From: Phoronis australis
Lineage: Eukaryota > Animalia > Phoronida
NCBI GenBank assembly: GCA_002633005.1
Contig: NMRA01000028.1
Coordinates: 794,985-858,984 of the forward strand
Reading direction: 5' to 3'
Length of the DNA: 64,000 nt
Position numbers and translations under genes: made by a program. The stretch's first letter is position 1. The number at the start of each line of letters is the position of its first letter. The notes beneath the pieces are model-generated. The model was not told where the DNA came from, did not search any database, and saw only the letters and a program-made list of their open reading frames with translations. Below, piece by piece: positions 61,721-64,000 of the stretch.

Positions 61721-64000
61721 TAAGAAAACGCCGTCAGTGCGACTGGAGCAGTGCCTGTTACCAGCCTGCAAACGGGGATAAAATAATCGACAGCGCGCCT
61801 TAATGGTAATAAAATCAAAACACGGACATTTTTATCGAATTTGCTGAAGAAATGTAGCGAATAAATTTCGACAGAAATTATTTTGCCGGACTCGGGACCG
61901 CAGCCTATTGGAACCGGTGTGGATCGAGACACTGGCGAACGGTAAAGGCATTTTGCAAGCTGAACAGTTTCGTCCAAGTAAAATGTTCCAATCCCAAATG
62001 CCGTATATATTCAAAGGTAGTTCAGACACTTGCATAAAATTACGGACTGTTTAGTCCTGTGTCACACTGCCGCGGCAGCCCTTGGCTTAGCCAGCCTCAG
62101 TGCCAGCTACCAGTATGAAGACAATCTTCAAATTACAGCTTGTTAGTAGGCCTACACAGCTTTGCGCCAAGGCTACCTTTAGGCCTACCTGGTCGCTAGC
62201 CACAGCGCTCGCTCAAACGAGGATTATTTAGAACTTGGGGTCTTCCAGCGAACTGTGCAAAGTTGTTGGCTTTCAACAGAGATTGTCCCAGACTTTGTAT
62301 GAGCGCAACAAGTCTAAAAAATAGGGGGCTGGAATTTTTGGGAATGTCTACCTTTTACTATAAGATTCACTGGGTATGTTCAGAGCTATGAATTGCAGAC
62401 GCTAAATTTTGTTACTTCCTGTCTTTTAGTGGAATTTTGTCTCGTGTTCTACTTTTTTCGGAGTTCGTGCTTCTCTGACTGAGGCAGACAAAAACACGAA
62501 AATTGAACAAAAAATTTCTTTTTTGTAGCAACGTTTGTCAAAATGTATCAACGTTAAATCTTCACAAATTACAAAGTAACAGGTTGAACATGCCTTCCAG
62601 TTCAGCAAAAGTCTCCATGCTGTCGGTGCCGCCAGAAATAAGACTAAGTCCAACGGGAATTGTGAGCAGATTTATCACTTAATAAGTAACAACTGCGAGG
62701 CTGAAATTTGGTGAAAACTGTTGAATCGAGCAGAATAGTAAGTAAAGATATGTCTCACTAAATTTCACCGTAAATTGTTGGCGAAAACAATTTACACAAA
62801 GTTTTAAACTCGTAACTCATCCCGCTGTCCTCCAATGGCCGACGCGATCCAAACAAAGTGACCCAAATTTCGCCACAAAAATTGCAATAACTTTACACTG
62901 CTTGTCCCGATTTTGATACTTTTTCGATTTTACTGGGTAGAATGCACTACCTTCCCAATGATAGCAAAGTGCTTTTTCAAAACGAGAAAAAAATCAAAAC
63001 GAAAACAAATTGGTTCGACTCGTATTGGTTCCTAGGTTCGACTGCCCTAAACACCGATGCTATTTTAACATAATAAGTACGCGTAACATTCCAAAACAAT
63101 TCACCGACCACTAACTACAAACTATAAATACATTACATATGCAAATGAATCACGAGATATTACTAATAAAACAAAATACAAGGAAAAAATGGAGAAGTTC
63201 AGGACAAGTTCCTGAACTGACGAGCCGGAAACGTGGGTGCGGAAATAACCGATGACAGCCGGTAATTATACGATCACAGAGAAGAGTTAAAAATAGCTTT
63301 TGGCACGAAAGGCGAAAAGAATATAAAGAAAGGGTATCGAAAATAAGATTTTATTTACTAGGTATTTTCGGATACTGGAACCACAATGGCATTTTGAGAC
63401 AAGGACTTTAAAAATGAAAAAGACATAAAAGAAGGCAGACGACATACAAATTCGCGGCCGCATACCGTTGTAGTCTAATGTGGCAATATTCACGCCCCTC
63501 TATTGCTAATTAGTTTAGAGAAACTTGTTACCGCATTTAAGTACTAGATGTTAACGAAACAGGATTGTCTGTGAAAATAGCTTTTCCATGAAATAAACCC
63601 CATAGCTGCTTTTTCGGAAAAGAGATCGAAATATCCCAAATAGGGACTCGGGATCGTGATGGCGTCCAGTTTAAACACGAGGGAACTTTTTAGATTAAAA
63701 AATGCGATTGCTAATAAGATTTGGCTAAAAACGTTGATCTTCAACGGCTTTGGATTTTCATAAAATGTGGCTCAGGCCCTCAACATGCTTACCAAAAATG
63801 CCTCTCAGTGCCCTACAATGACCAATAAAAGGCCACGTGACTTGGCTCTATTAGCAATATAAAAAACTGGTAACTGACACTATGTGATAAGTTGTGAGCT
63901 GAAGAACATAAAGGAGATGACAGTCAATGACGCCAGGGCTCGGAGCTTGACTCTAAAATTGGCCCATTGCATATGCTTCGTGGTGCAATTATTGGTTAAT

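Overview
AT-rich, intron-containing animal genomic DNA from a gapped draft scaffold, probably a marine invertebrate bilaterian; the taxon cannot be fixed from the sequence. Two intact protein-coding genes are supported. The first is a 13-exon calpain-15/SOL gene on + (3495-25530, about 1107 aa, seven RanBP2-type zinc fingers, complete Cys-His-Asn triad, SOL-homology domain). The second is a single-coding-exon DUF229 (alkaline phosphatase/sulfatase-fold) type II membrane protein on - (51370-53349). There is also a frameshifted rhodopsin-class GPCR remnant, a LINE fragment, a probable Deu/Nin-domain SINE and many non-autonomous DNA elements (Helentron-type HINEs, MITEs, foldbacks, a solo LTR, satellites). 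The most notable structures are: (1) the DUF229 coding exon bracketed by ~0.7 kb inverted repeats, like a gene-carrying composite transposon; (2) a 3.7 kb TIR element in calpain intron 5 carrying an exact 358-bp copy of the neighbouring exon-4/intron-4 sequence of its own host gene; (3) a three-level LTR>Harbinger>HINE nest; (4) a HINE carrying ten co-oriented CTCF-like motifs between two oppositely oriented palindrome-rich satellite arrays. No prokaryote-type system (CRISPR, operon) is present. All alignments were done by eye and repeat boundaries are approximate.
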